Positions 16,906-26,500 of a stretch of DNA of 64,000 nucleotides are shown here, piece by piece (within the stretch, counting starts at the first letter, position 1; every line of letters starts with the position of its first letter). The DNA is from a virus, in the IMG/VR virus record IMGVR_UViG_3300008516_000951, positions 3,930-67,929 of that record; one strand, given 5' to 3'. A program made the translations under genes and the position numbers. The notes beneath the pieces are model-generated. The model saw only the letters and a program-made list of their open reading frames with translations, was not told the origin of the DNA and did not search any database.

Positions 16906-17782
16906 GACCTGGTTAATACTCGATTGCAATTATCTTTGCCACCGGGCAAAACATTCCATAGGCGGATTGTCGTATGGGGGAACGCCTACTGGAGTCATTT
17001 ATGGATTCCTAAGAAGTCTTCCCTCATTACAAAATATGGGAAATTTCTTCAAAGATACATCACATTTTGTATTTTGTTGGGACAGTACGAGTAGTAAACG
17101 AGAGGAAATTTTTTCTGATTACAAAAAATCCCGAAGGATGCGGCATAAAGAATGGGCACCGGAAGAAAAAGAATTTGAAAATGCGTTCCGAAACCAGATG
17201 AAAAGATTACGCACAATGTATCTTCGTACCATAGGCTTTCGTAATATCTTTTGGCAAAAAGGTTATGAGAGTGATGATATAATAGCATCCATTTGTTTGC
17301 ATATAGATGATAATGATGAAGCCATTATTGTAACATCCGACCAAGATTTATATCAATGTATTCGTTCAAATGTGTCCTGTTATAATCCCCAAACAAATAA
17401 AACGCTTACATTGCAAGGATTCAAAAAGAGATATGATATTCTTCCGAAAGAATGGGCCGTAGTAAAAATAATCGCTGGATGTTCCACTGATGAAGTACCC
17501 GGAGTGCCCGGTGTGGGAGAGAAAACAGCTATCAAATACTTAACAGGAGAGTTAGATAAACATACAAAAACATTCAAAAAAATTGCGACATCTGCCTCTT
17601 TTCCACTATATGCAAGAAATCGAAAGCTGATAAAGCTGCCAATGGAAGGTACTCATCGATTCAGACTACAAGATGATGAGTTATCAGAAGAGGGATGGCG
17701 ACAGGTCACTAAACTATTAGGTATGAGGTCTATCCGAGATAGAATGCCCTTTTATACAAGGGAAAAGGAGATTAAGAAATGA
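16898..17782 (+). CDS. 5'-3' exonuclease / flap endonuclease (PolI N-terminal or T4 RNase H type)
   Basis: LILDCN, YKKSR, GYESDDII, TSDQDLYQ, DEVPGVPGVGEKTA (H3TH). Confidence 0.92.
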   Translation: MNKTWLILDCNYLCHRAKHSIGGLSYGGTPTGVIYGFLRSLPSLQNMGNFFKDTSHFVFCWDSTSSKREEIFSDYKKSRRMRHKEWAPEEKEFENAFRNQMKRLRTMYLRTIGFRNIFWQKGYESDDIIASICLHIDDNDEAIIVTSDQDLYQCIRSNVSCYNPQTNKTLTLQGFKKRYDILPKEWAVVKIIAGCSTDEVPGVPGVGEKTAIKYLTGELDKHTKTFKKIATSASFPLYARNRKLIKLPMEGTHRFRLQDDELSEEGWRQVTKLLGMRSIRDRMPFYTREKEIKK

Positions 17783-17973
17783 GTATACGAACATTAGAAA
17801 GTGCAATCTTAGCCGAAGCTAAAAAAGTAACGGATAATAAAAAACTTAGACTAAAGGATATAATGGAATGGCGTACAACAAAAATTAAAACACATCCAAA
17901 TGAAAAATTATATTACCTACCTGATATTGGAGTCCATATAGCGGTAAAAGAACAATCGAGGAAAAAGAAATGA
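17779..17973 (+). CDS. Hypothetical protein
   Basis: RBS AAGGAG, coupled ORF. Confidence 0.6.
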   Translation: MSIRTLESAILAEAKKVTDNKKLRLKDIMEWRTTKIKTHPNEKLYYLPDIGVHIAVKEQSRKKK

Positions 17974-18593
17974 CAAAAGGAAGTGCAAAAGGTTCATCGT
18001 TTGAAAGACATATCTGTAAATTACTAAGTCTATGGTGGACAGAAAATGAAAGGGATGATGTATTTTGGAGAACGTCGGGCAGTGGAGCCAGGGCTAAAAC
18101 CCGCAGCAAAAAGAATCAAACTACCTTTGGCCAATATGGAGATGTGCAGGCTATCGACCCCATCGGCCAACCACTAATTGATTTATGCACCATTGAAATC
18201 AAAACAGGCTATTCCAAATATAGTTATGCTGATTTATTAGACCGCACACCCAATCACAAAATCCAAATGTATGAAAAATTTATTGAGCAGGCCCAAACCG
18301 ATTGCCATAATGCAGAGGCTTTCTCTTGGCTACTCATTACAAAGAGAAATCGAAGGGAAACGTTAATATGTTTTCCTGTTCAAATTCACAAAATTTTGTA
18401 TAATATGAAGTGTGCCTTATTAGTATCCTCTACCATCGTGAACTCAATCAATAAACATACCTTTGTCGTTACTACTTTGAGAAATTTCTTAACCAAAGTC
18501 CACCCCAAATATATCAAAAGTATGGATAAAAGATGGGTAAAGATATATAAAAATGGGCCATTTTTACCAAAAAGAGAAATGAGAAGAGGTTGA
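17970..18593 (+). CDS. Holliday junction resolvase-like PD-(D/E)XK nuclease
   Basis: KGSSFER, RTSGSGA, GDV, TIEIKTGY. Confidence 0.8.
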   Translation: MTKGSAKGSSFERHICKLLSLWWTENERDDVFWRTSGSGARAKTRSKKNQTTFGQYGDVQAIDPIGQPLIDLCTIEIKTGYSKYSYADLLDRTPNHKIQMYEKFIEQAQTDCHNAEAFSWLLITKRNRRETLICFPVQIHKILYNMKCALLVSSTIVNSINKHTFVVTTLRNFLTKVHPKYIKSMDKRWVKIYKNGPFLPKREMRRG

Positions 18594-18862
18594 AAAAGTC
18601 TGAAGCACAAAAAATCTATAGCCTACTTAATCAATGGACTCGCTGTGAAATTATATCCAGGCACGGACAATTCGACAATTTGGAATTTGCCCAATATGCC
18701 GTAAAAAAGATTGAGATAGAAAATCGAATCAGGAAGATTTTATATGGTTCGTCTGATTTGGTTCGACTGGGAATTAAATGGGAATTGTTAAAACCAAAAA
18801 TCAAACGAAGGAAAAAGAAAAAACGTGACAAAAACAAAAGACAACATAACCAAAACTCTTGA
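18590..18862 (+). CDS. Hypothetical protein
   Basis: 90 aa ORF overlapping the resolvase stop. Confidence 0.55.
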   Translation: MKKSEAQKIYSLLNQWTRCEIISRHGQFDNLEFAQYAVKKIEIENRIRKILYGSSDLVRLGIKWELLKPKIKRRKKKKRDKNKRQHNQNS

Positions 18863-19019
18863 AATTCTTTTACAAAGAGAAACGCCGGAACAGTTTGACC
18901 AAAAAATCACTATTGCCCTTGCTTATACAAACGGCAATCTGACAAAAGCGGCAAGGCTTCTCGGAATATCTACGAGTACAATGAACAGACACGTTGCCAG
19001 ACGAAGAAAGGATTATTAG
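18825..19019 (+). CDS. Fis-type HTH protein
   Basis: ALAYTNGNLTKAARLLGISTSTM is a Fis/NtrC HTH signature. Confidence 0.8.
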   Translation: MTKTKDNITKTLEILLQRETPEQFDQKITIALAYTNGNLTKAARLLGISTSTMNRHVARRRKDY

Positions 19020-19027
19020 AGATTTCA

Positions 19028-20065
19028 ATGATAGAAAAACTGCAAATCAAAAATTTCGGTGCTAACGAGAGAATCGATATAGACTGCAATCAGCCCATCA
19101 CTTGCATTGTGGGTAAAAGTTTCTTAGGCAAGTCCTGGATTCTCCGGGCATTGCGTTGGGTGGCCCGAAACAAACCCACCGGGGATTCCTATATCCATTG
19201 GGATGCTGACAAGTCTTCTGTTCGATTGACTGTTGATAAAACTAAAATTACAAGAACACGCAGCAAAAGTATCAATACATATAAGCTCGGAAAGAAAGTG
19301 TTTGAGGCATTTGGTACTGATGTCCCAAAAAAGATAACTCAAATCTTAAATCTTTCAGATATCAATTTTCAAGGTGTTAATACTTTAGGCCAGCACGAAC
19401 CGCCGTTTTGGTTTTCGCTAACTGCCGGTGAAGTGTCCCGTGAATTGAATGCTATTGTAAATTTAGATATTATAGACAAGACACAAGCAACCATCGCAGC
19501 CCAATTGCGAAAGGCCCGCTCCACAATCGAAGTGGTCCAAAGCAGAGTTGATAATCTTTCCGAACAGAAGGAAAAACTCCAGTGGGTTAAAAGAATAAAT
19601 ACTGATTTAGAACAAGTGGAATCCCTTCAAATCGATTATCTGGGAAAAGCCCGTATTTGCGATATAAGGCGTGAAACACTTAAATTAGGGGAAAACTATA
19701 CCCAGGCCTGTAAAATCGCCTCAAATCAAGCGTCTGTCGGCGGAATAGCTATGTCTGCGGGCGATTTATCCCTCAAAATCAGTGCAGACGTTCAAACATT
19801 ATCAGATTTGATAAAATCAGCCAAAACATATAAGGCAAGGAAAAAAGCCAAACCACCTTCTTTAGCCCGCGTGAAAAAAGCCAAAGAATATACAGACGAT
19901 ATAAAAGAGCAGATATATGAATTGGAATTAAGAATAGAAAGTCTTGCCGATAGAAAGGAATGTCGATGTCAAGCAGAGGTCGAATTAAAACAATCCAAAA
20001 TGAAATTCAACAAAGCCGTTGGAGACAAATGTCCACTATGCGGGGCTCCGATGAAAAAGTTATAG
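19028..20065 (+). CDS. SbcC/Rad50-like ATPase, N-terminal half
   Basis: IEKLQIKNF, Walker A GKSFLGKS, coiled coil ending in CPLC Zn hook. Confidence 0.85.
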   Translation: MIEKLQIKNFGANERIDIDCNQPITCIVGKSFLGKSWILRALRWVARNKPTGDSYIHWDADKSSVRLTVDKTKITRTRSKSINTYKLGKKVFEAFGTDVPKKITQILNLSDINFQGVNTLGQHEPPFWFSLTAGEVSRELNAIVNLDIIDKTQATIAAQLRKARSTIEVVQSRVDNLSEQKEKLQWVKRINTDLEQVESLQIDYLGKARICDIRRETLKLGENYTQACKIASNQASVGGIAMSAGDLSLKISADVQTLSDLIKSAKTYKARKKAKPPSLARVKKAKEYTDDIKEQIYELELRIESLADRKECRCQAEVELKQSKMKFNKAVGDKCPLCGAPMKKL

Positions 20066-20964
20066 CCATATTCGTAGCTGATTCTCATTTCAGTTTGAAT
20101 CCCCCGGTATGGCGCTCTGCCGAGCCGGATTGGTTTGAGGCTATGAAGAGACCTTTGGATGAGATAAATAGAATAGCTACTGAAAATAATTGTCCCGTAA
20201 TAGCTGCCGGGGACATTTTTGACCGATGGAACAGCCCGCCTGAACTAATCAATTTTGCTATTGAAAGTCTTCCTGAATCAATGTATGCCATTCCCGGACA
20301 ACACGACTTGGCCCTTCATCAGTTTGAAGATATTAAGCGAAGTGCATTTTGGACATTAGTAAAAGCTGGTACTATTACTCCTTTGTTTCCTAATAAACCT
20401 ATACAAACAAATAATTTGATTCTTCACGGATTCCCCTTTGGATTCTCATTGTCATCTATACCTGCGATGGACGATGGTAAAATACATATAGCCGTAGTTC
20501 ACGATTATATTTGGATTCCTAATTATTGTTATCCCAACGCACCACAAGAAAAACGATTGAAAACAGACGAGAGAGATGATGAGAACTTTTACTATGGTTA
20601 TGATATAATTGTTTACGGTGATAATCACAAAGGTTTTTTAACACAGGCAGGCCGTACTTCAATTTTCAATTGTGGTGCAATGATGAGGCGAAAATCAGAT
20701 GAAGCCGATTATCAACCCCAAATTGGATTACTATTGGAATCGGGCGAAATCAAAAGACATTACCTCGACATATCAAAAGACAAGTATTTAGAATCATCCA
20801 AAGGCAAACAAACACATCAATTAGACACCACGGCATTTATGCAGGAATTAGAAAAGCTGGGAAAATCGGCTTTGGATTTTTCCGATGCTATAAAACAATA
20901 CTTTGAAACAAACAAGGTAGATTTAGAAATCCAAAAAGTTATATTGGAGGCTATGGGAAAATGA
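20038..20964 (+). CDS. SbcD/Mre11-like metallophosphoesterase nuclease
   Basis: ADSH, AGDIFD, PGQHD, GDNH. Confidence 0.9.
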   Translation: MRGSDEKVIAIFVADSHFSLNPPVWRSAEPDWFEAMKRPLDEINRIATENNCPVIAAGDIFDRWNSPPELINFAIESLPESMYAIPGQHDLALHQFEDIKRSAFWTLVKAGTITPLFPNKPIQTNNLILHGFPFGFSLSSIPAMDDGKIHIAVVHDYIWIPNYCYPNAPQEKRLKTDERDDENFYYGYDIIVYGDNHKGFLTQAGRTSIFNCGAMMRRKSDEADYQPQIGLLLESGEIKRHYLDISKDKYLESSKGKQTHQLDTTAFMQELEKLGKSALDFSDAIKQYFETNKVDLEIQKVILEAMGK

Positions 20965-21404
20965 GAGAAATAGAATTCAGAGGCAAACGCAAAGACAACG
21001 ACGAGTGGGTGTACGGTAATTTAATTACTATGCGAGACGGAGTTTGGATTGCAAAACAAGGTTATGAATTTACGGGCATTGATTCCAAAAAAAGATTGTG
21101 TGGACTTATTGAAGTCATCCCTGAAACAGTCGGTCAATATACCGGAGTCGAAGACAAGAACGGCAAGAAGATATACGGTGGAGATATAATTGAATTGCGC
21201 AGATTTATCGTTATTCATATAGAAGACGGAGAAGTCATATATGAAAACGGGGCCTTCCGAGTGAGGCATATCCAATTCCGAGATTGTTCAGGACCGGTAT
21301 TTGACACTCGTTTATTGTGTGAATTTCTAAGATGTAAAGTCATCGGCAACATCCACGACAATCCCAAAATGCTCAAAGAAAAACAGGAGGCTATGGGAAA
21401 ATGA
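20961..21404 (+). CDS. YopX family protein
   Basis: MREIEFRGK, WVYG, TVGQYTG..DKNGKKIYGGDI, VIGNIHDNP. Confidence 0.92.
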   Translation: MREIEFRGKRKDNDEWVYGNLITMRDGVWIAKQGYEFTGIDSKKRLCGLIEVIPETVGQYTGVEDKNGKKIYGGDIIELRRFIVIHIEDGEVIYENGAFRVRHIQFRDCSGPVFDTRLLCEFLRCKVIGNIHDNPKMLKEKQEAMGK

Positions 21405-21610
21405 GCATATCGTATGATGTACCGGTAGTGTGTCAATTTCCCAATCAAGATGGATTTAGGGAACCCGAAGGTACTGTGATTGTCAACCGATACCCTGTAG
21501 TCGGAGATGTCTTGATACTTAGTGACAAGAAGGAATGGATAGTAGTGGCTGTTGAAGGAGACCCCAACTATTGTTGGCCAGAGGTTATTTGTGAATTGAA
21601 AGGAAATTAA
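21401..21610 (+). CDS. Hypothetical protein
   Basis: 69 aa, ATGA-coupled. Confidence 0.6.
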   Translation: MSISYDVPVVCQFPNQDGFREPEGTVIVNRYPVVGDVLILSDKKEWIVVAVEGDPNYCWPEVICELKGN

Positions 21611-21611
21611 G

Positions 21612-21860
21612 ATGAATGAACTAAGTCATTATACACAACTCAAAGAGAAAGTAGAAAAAGCCAGGCAACGAGCAGATAAGGCCCAGGGTGCTTTGGAAGA
21701 AATAATGGCAAGGCTAAAGAAGGAATTTGGGTGCGATTCTCTGCCGTCGGCTAAAAAGAAGCTCAAAGAATTGGAAGCGGAATTAGTCGTAGCCAAAAAG
21801 AAATTTGAACAGGCTATGGATAACTTTGAAAATGAATGGGAAGAAGATGAACCTAACTAA
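21612..21860 (+). CDS. Coiled-coil protein (possible middle segment of split SbcC)
   Basis: Heptad-rich 82 aa directly before the SbcC C-half. Confidence 0.6.
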   Translation: MNELSHYTQLKEKVEKARQRADKAQGALEEIMARLKKEFGCDSLPSAKKKLKELEAELVVAKKKFEQAMDNFENEWEEDEPN

Positions 21861-22416
21861 CACAAGAATCAAAGTTGATAAAATGCTCGGCGAGCTAAAA
21901 TCAACTCAAACCCAACTCAAAAATGAGCGGGCCATTCTTATCGAATCCGAAGACCATTTGGCCCATATTGAAGAGGCCCAAGACATCGTGCAGCAAGTCG
22001 CCCAACTAATACAGCAGCAAGCCCATAATCAAATAGCGGCTGTTGTCACCCGATGTTTGGTGACTGTTTTTGAAGATGATTATGGTTTTGAGATTCATTT
22101 TGAGAAGAAACGGGGACGGACCGAGGCCAATTTGATATTGACTAAGGATGGTAATGAAATTGAAAATCCGTTAAACAGCGATAGTGGGGGCGTGGTCGAT
22201 ATAGCTGCATTTGCCCTACGTCTAAGTTGTTTGGTCTTGGCAAAGCCCAGGCAAAGACGTTTTCTGGCTATGGATGAGCCTTTCAAATTTGTATCGGCAG
22301 AATATAGAGAAAATGTGAAGATGCTATTGGAAGGATTGGCTGAGGATTTTGATTTGCAAATAATTATGGTGACGCACGTACAAGAATTGGTATGTGGTAA
22401 AATTATTAGGCTATAA
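21847..22416 (+). CDS. SbcC/Rad50-like ATPase, C-terminal half
   Basis: DSGG signature, Walker B AMDEPF, IIMVTH H-loop. Confidence 0.85.
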   Translation: MNLTNTRIKVDKMLGELKSTQTQLKNERAILIESEDHLAHIEEAQDIVQQVAQLIQQQAHNQIAAVVTRCLVTVFEDDYGFEIHFEKKRGRTEANLILTKDGNEIENPLNSDSGGVVDIAAFALRLSCLVLAKPRQRRFLAMDEPFKFVSAEYRENVKMLLEGLAEDFDLQIIMVTHVQELVCGKIIRL

Positions 22417-22506
22417 CAATATGTTCTCAGGCTCTTATACAAGAACAAAGGAAATAAAACAAAAAATAAGTGAAAGTCTTACAGGAACATTATTCGATTA
22501 GATAAA

Positions 22507-22575
22507 GCAGGACACACCTTGAAGTTGAGTTCAGCCGGTGAAAGCTGTTGGAAAGGACCCAAGCGTGTGTCCTGC
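22507..22575. terminator. Hairpin at the convergence of the two arms
   Basis: GCAGGACACAC ... GTGTGTCCTGC between convergent stops 22416 and 22577. Confidence 0.5.
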
Positions 22576-22576
22576 A

Positions 22577-23215
22577 TCAATTCAAATGTAATTTCATAAC
22601 AGGTGGTAACATTTCCCGTGAATTGCTCCTTACGAGTCTGCCTTTATTTCTTCGCATTGTACGGCTTGCCTGATAATGGACAATAATAGGATATTTAACA
22701 GAACATCTTGCATTACATATTTTGCAGTACGATTCCGGCAGGTTATAAAAATTACCATTCAGTGTTTGCTCTAACGCCTTTTGATTGCCCCGGCCTTTGT
22801 CGGCATTGCCTATACAAAGCTCTTCCCATCTTTTCATTAACTTATATGTCCTCTCGTTGTTCTTCAAAAATATAGTACCACTAAGCACTTCAAATGTAGT
22901 GGATTTTTTGTTAATATGGCTTTGGTCGAATAAATGAATAGCTATGTCTTCTTCTATCTCCTCAAACAATTCAGGGTATCCAAAAAATTCGGCGTCACAA
23001 TCAATACTTACTATATCGTTGGAAGGAAACATCTTCATCATTTTCAATATGAAAGTCGGCTGATAATTGACGTTTTTGTACCAGTCCCCCAAACTTTCGA
23101 TTCCTTCGATGTAGTAAGGTATTTTGTACTTGTCCAAAGATTTCACAAGCACCTTGGTATGGTCTTCATAGAAAGTATTTCTTGTAAAGTAGCCCACGAC
23201 AACAAAGTTTTTCAT
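22577..23215 (-). CDS. Nucleotide-diphospho-sugar transferase (GT-A)
   Basis: SIDCDA DxD motif, LSGTIFL, NLPESYC, IVHYQAS. Confidence 0.8.
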   Translation of the reverse strand: MKNFVVVGYFTRNTFYEDHTKVLVKSLDKYKIPYYIEGIESLGDWYKNVNYQPTFILKMMKMFPSNDIVSIDCDAEFFGYPELFEEIEEDIAIHLFDQSHINKKSTTFEVLSGTIFLKNNERTYKLMKRWEELCIGNADKGRGNQKALEQTLNGNFYNLPESYCKICNARCSVKYPIIVHYQASRTMRRNKGRLVRSNSREMLPPVMKLHLN

Positions 23216-23216
23216 T

Positions 23217-23645
23217 TTATAACTCCTGAACTATTTCAATGAAAGTTCCTTCCGGTGCTTTGCAAAATGCCAATTTAGCAAATCCGTTTGGGGATATAAG
23301 AGGCGGAGATAAAAACTCGATTCCTTCTTGCACCAATCTCTCATACACTTTTTCAACATCTTTTACAGTCACAGCAAAATGAGCGATGCCGTTTGTGAAC
23401 AAAGACCTGTTTTCCACTTTAGTAGTGTCCCCATAGTCTAACAATTCTATCATACTGTTATCAGGAGCAGCTAATTTGATAGTAGTTACTTTAATGTTTT
23501 TTCCAGCCGACAATTTATCAATATAGTCTGAAGGTTCTTTCATTTGACCTCGTTGGCTTTCTTCAAATCCAATCAATTTGTAAAATCTCAACGAACGCTC
23601 AAAGTCTTTGACTACAATTCCTATATGTCTGATGTTACTTATCAT
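23217..23645 (-). CDS. VOC/glyoxalase family protein
   Basis: RHIGIVVKD, IELL, AHFAVTVKDVE, PEGTFIEIV. Confidence 0.9.
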   Translation of the reverse strand: MISNIRHIGIVVKDFERSLRFYKLIGFEESQRGQMKEPSDYIDKLSAGKNIKVTTIKLAAPDNSMIELLDYGDTTKVENRSLFTNGIAHFAVTVKDVEKVYERLVQEGIEFLSPPLISPNGFAKLAFCKAPEGTFIEIVQEL

Positions 23646-24330
23646 TTTTGACTCCAGTAGCTAATATCATCTTTTCTTTTGAAAAACGAATCCACATCCT
23701 AAACTGTTCTTCTTTTTTGTCTTTCCACTTCAAAGAATGTGGTAATAAAGAGGTAATATCACAAAGAACTTTTAACCAAGGATACTTCCATAGTATAGGA
23801 AGTTGTCTAAATAGAATGCTTTCAACGTTTATAAATCCTTTTATTCGCATTGCGTTTTGCAGTGATTTTCTTGTCCAAGCCTTTACGTGTGTATAGTCAT
23901 CCCAAAAAATCTCGTGCTGAGTATTCCAATCAGGTGTCATCAATACGGCAATCCCACCAACTTTTAATACTCGATGAACTTCCAAAAGAAAATTATCTGC
24001 ATTAAATACGTGTTCAAGAACGGACTTAGAGAATACAACATCAAACTCATTGTCCCGAAAAGGGAAGGACTCTCTCTCTATATCACAAAGTGAAACTTTA
24101 TAACAAGAAGCATTTACACATTCAGACTTGTTATCCAAACCCCGAACTAAAAAACCTCTTCTCGCAAATCCCTCAAGATGATTACCCTTACCACTCCCCA
24201 CATCCAATAGTCTTCTCTTATAATTGGATGGTCCAATATATCGTTCAATTAGATGGTCACAAAGTTTTTGGGGATAGTCGTTCTCTCCCTTTTCTTTTCT
24301 AAAATACAACGTCTTCAAATAGTTACTCAT
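23635..24330 (-). CDS. Class I SAM-dependent methyltransferase
   Basis: LLDVGSGKG, FDVVFSKSVLEH, RVLKVGG. Confidence 0.9.
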   Translation of the reverse strand: MSNYLKTLYFRKEKGENDYPQKLCDHLIERYIGPSNYKRRLLDVGSGKGNHLEGFARRGFLVRGLDNKSECVNASCYKVSLCDIERESFPFRDNEFDVVFSKSVLEHVFNADNFLLEVHRVLKVGGIAVLMTPDWNTQHEIFWDDYTHVKAWTRKSLQNAMRIKGFINVESILFRQLPILWKYPWLKVLCDITSLLPHSLKWKDKKEEQFRMWIRFSKEKMILATGVKNDK

Positions 24331-25028
24331 TTTTCAGCCTCATATCTTGCATACTCCAAATCTTCCATTGAATCAATATCAGTGATTCGGGGAACCAAGA
24401 ATGGTAACACTCTGTTCCCGTGAATTTTACCCGTTTCTAAAATATGTGACGTTTTCAGAATATCAACGTATCCATTCGCGTCATAAGTTGTGGTGTAGAA
24501 ATGTCGGGGGAGGTTGGCCTCATCTAAATTAAACGAACCAGAGCCTACTATCTTCAAGTAATCACCGTCTATCTCAAAGTGTTTGTAGGCTGACTGGGCC
24601 ATTTCAACGACAGAACGTAGGGCCGTAGCGTCTGGACGCTGTTCGATATATTGGATGGCTCGATTAACATACTCAGGTTTTCGTAAGGGTGACGTAGGCC
24701 GAAGATGAATCAAATACTTAGGCAATGTTTTTCCTTCCATTATTAACCATTGTAATAAATGATTCACCCACTCTGCATCGCAACTATCATCCTTAGAAAT
24801 CGAATCAGGTCTGAGAAAAGGAACATCCGCCCCATACTTTATAGCCATTGTTTGGTACAATTTAGAATCCGTAGAGACAATGATTCTATTTATCTCTGGA
24901 ACGGATTTTGCAGTAGAAATGCAATGAGCTATCAAAGGCAGTCCGGCTAATAGCTGGATGTTCTTATCTGGAATTGATTTTGAACCAGACCTTGCCGGAA
25001 TGACGGCACATATACCATCGAATTTCAT
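24327..25028 (-). CDS. neuA: CMP-nonulosonate (acylneuraminate) cytidylyltransferase
   Basis: IPARSGSKSIPDKN, VSTDS, FLRP, LRPTSPLR, DIDSMED. Confidence 0.93.
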   Translation of the reverse strand: MKFDGICAVIPARSGSKSIPDKNIQLLAGLPLIAHCISTAKSVPEINRIIVSTDSKLYQTMAIKYGADVPFLRPDSISKDDSCDAEWVNHLLQWLIMEGKTLPKYLIHLRPTSPLRKPEYVNRAIQYIEQRPDATALRSVVEMAQSAYKHFEIDGDYLKIVGSGSFNLDEANLPRHFYTTTYDANGYVDILKTSHILETGKIHGNRVLPFLVPRITDIDSMEDLEYARYEAEK

Positions 25029-25768
25029 TGTAATATCCCCTTAGAAAGCCAGCCCCCATCTACCCACAAGTCCGTACCTGTAACATAACTTGAAGCATCA
25101 GAAGCCAGGAACAGGGCAGGCCCCACCATTTCCTCCGGGTCTGCCCATCTCCCTAACATCGTACTGTCAGCCCTTAATTTGTAGGCAAAGTGATTATCAA
25201 GGCTCTTCTGATTCATTGAAGTTTCAGTATAACCAGGCCCAAGATTATTGACTCGAATCCCATACTTACCCCAATCGTAAGCAAGAGACTTTGTAAGCAT
25301 CCGCACTCCACTTTTAGCCGCAGCGTAAGCAGGGTTGTTTGGCATAGCCTGGGCGGCATTGATACTGGTAAAGTTTATGATGCTGCCTTTTATCTTCTGC
25401 TTAATCATTTGAAGACCGGTCAGTTTACATAGCAGAAAAACGGCATCGAGGTTTATCTTCATTACTTCCATCCACAAGTCCAAGGGAAAGTTATTCCCAA
25501 AAATAGGAGTAGTAATACCGGCACAGTTTATAAGCACGTCTATTCGACCAAAGTGTTCCATAAATCTGTCAAATGCCATTTCTACGTTTGCTGGTTTTGA
25601 CAAATCAACAGCCGTGTAAAAACAATTTGCAACACTATCCTCTCTCCTATCAAAAACACATATCTTTGCACCTGCTTCAAAAAATCCTTTCACTAAAGCC
25701 GAACCAATTCCACCGGCCCCACCTGTTATTAAAACTACCTTGCCTTGAACTAAAAATAAGTTTTTCAT
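25025..25768 (-). CDS. Short-chain dehydrogenase/reductase
   Basis: TGGAGGIG, NCAG, YAAAK, VDGG. Confidence 0.93.
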   Translation of the reverse strand: MKNLFLVQGKVVLITGGAGGIGSALVKGFFEAGAKICVFDRREDSVANCFYTAVDLSKPANVEMAFDRFMEHFGRIDVLINCAGITTPIFGNNFPLDLWMEVMKINLDAVFLLCKLTGLQMIKQKIKGSIINFTSINAAQAMPNNPAYAAAKSGVRMLTKSLAYDWGKYGIRVNNLGPGYTETSMNQKSLDNHFAYKLRADSTMLGRWADPEEMVGPALFLASDASSYVTGTDLWVDGGWLSKGILQ

Positions 25769-25771
25769 TTG

Positions 25772-26500
25772 TTATACCTCTTCAAAATCTAATTTATCTG
25801 TAATTTCAAATTGCTTTTCAAGTGGCACTGTTTGTAATCGAATTGCGTGCGGTCGAAAGGAATCTGATATATTGGAGGTTTCTATTTTACCTTTGGCAAC
25901 ATCTTTCCGAACAAAAAAAGCATTGTAACCTTCAGAATCACAACCAACAAAACAATAACCCTTTTCTAACCCTAGTTTGATAAGAGCAGATAAAGAAGCC
26001 CCGTGATAAAAAACATTCCCTTTTCTGTGTCTATCAAACTTTGGGTCATATTTAGTTGTAACACACCAATTAGGTCTTATTGAGGAATTATATTCAATAA
26101 CAACAACACGAGGATTTATATTTTTTATGGCCTTCCATATCCAATAATCATTTCCATCAACATCAATCGTCAACAAATCAATTTCATTTGGTATTCCGTT
26201 TTCATAAAGTACCTGTTCAATGTTCTCCGCTGTTATAAAACACTGTACTATTTGAACTCTATTAGATTCTAATTTCAATTTCTCATTATAGAAATCTCTA
26301 CTTGTATTGACGTGTTTCTTCACGGCATCCATCAACAAACCATTCCACTTATGGTTGATTATCAGATTCGCCGAATTATGTCCGGCTGGACCACTCCCAA
26401 ATTCAACAAGACAATGATTGGTAGTACCCACTTTAGAAAAGAGATACATCAGAATACCATCTTCACCACCGTGTGAAAAAATCTTAAATTCATTTTTCAT
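25772..26500 (-). CDS. FkbM-like methyltransferase
   Basis: SHGGEDG, VEFG, IDLLTIDVDGNDYWIW, VVIEYN, GASL. Confidence 0.8.
   Translation of the reverse strand: MKNEFKIFSHGGEDGILMYLFSKVGTTNHCLVEFGSGPAGHNSANLIINHKWNGLLMDAVKKHVNTSRDFYNEKLKLESNRVQIVQCFITAENIEQVLYENGIPNEIDLLTIDVDGNDYWIWKAIKNINPRVVVIEYNSSIRPNWCVTTKYDPKFDRHRKGNVFYHGASLSALIKLGLEKGYCFVGCDSEGYNAFFVRKDVAKGKIETSNISDSFRPHAIRLQTVPLEKQFEITDKLDFEEV

Noticed and set aside
22417-22576. Prophage attachment site with host glycan locus beyond it
   Set aside because: No integrase or att repeat. The glycan genes are flanked by phage genes on both sides and coupled to the tail operon.
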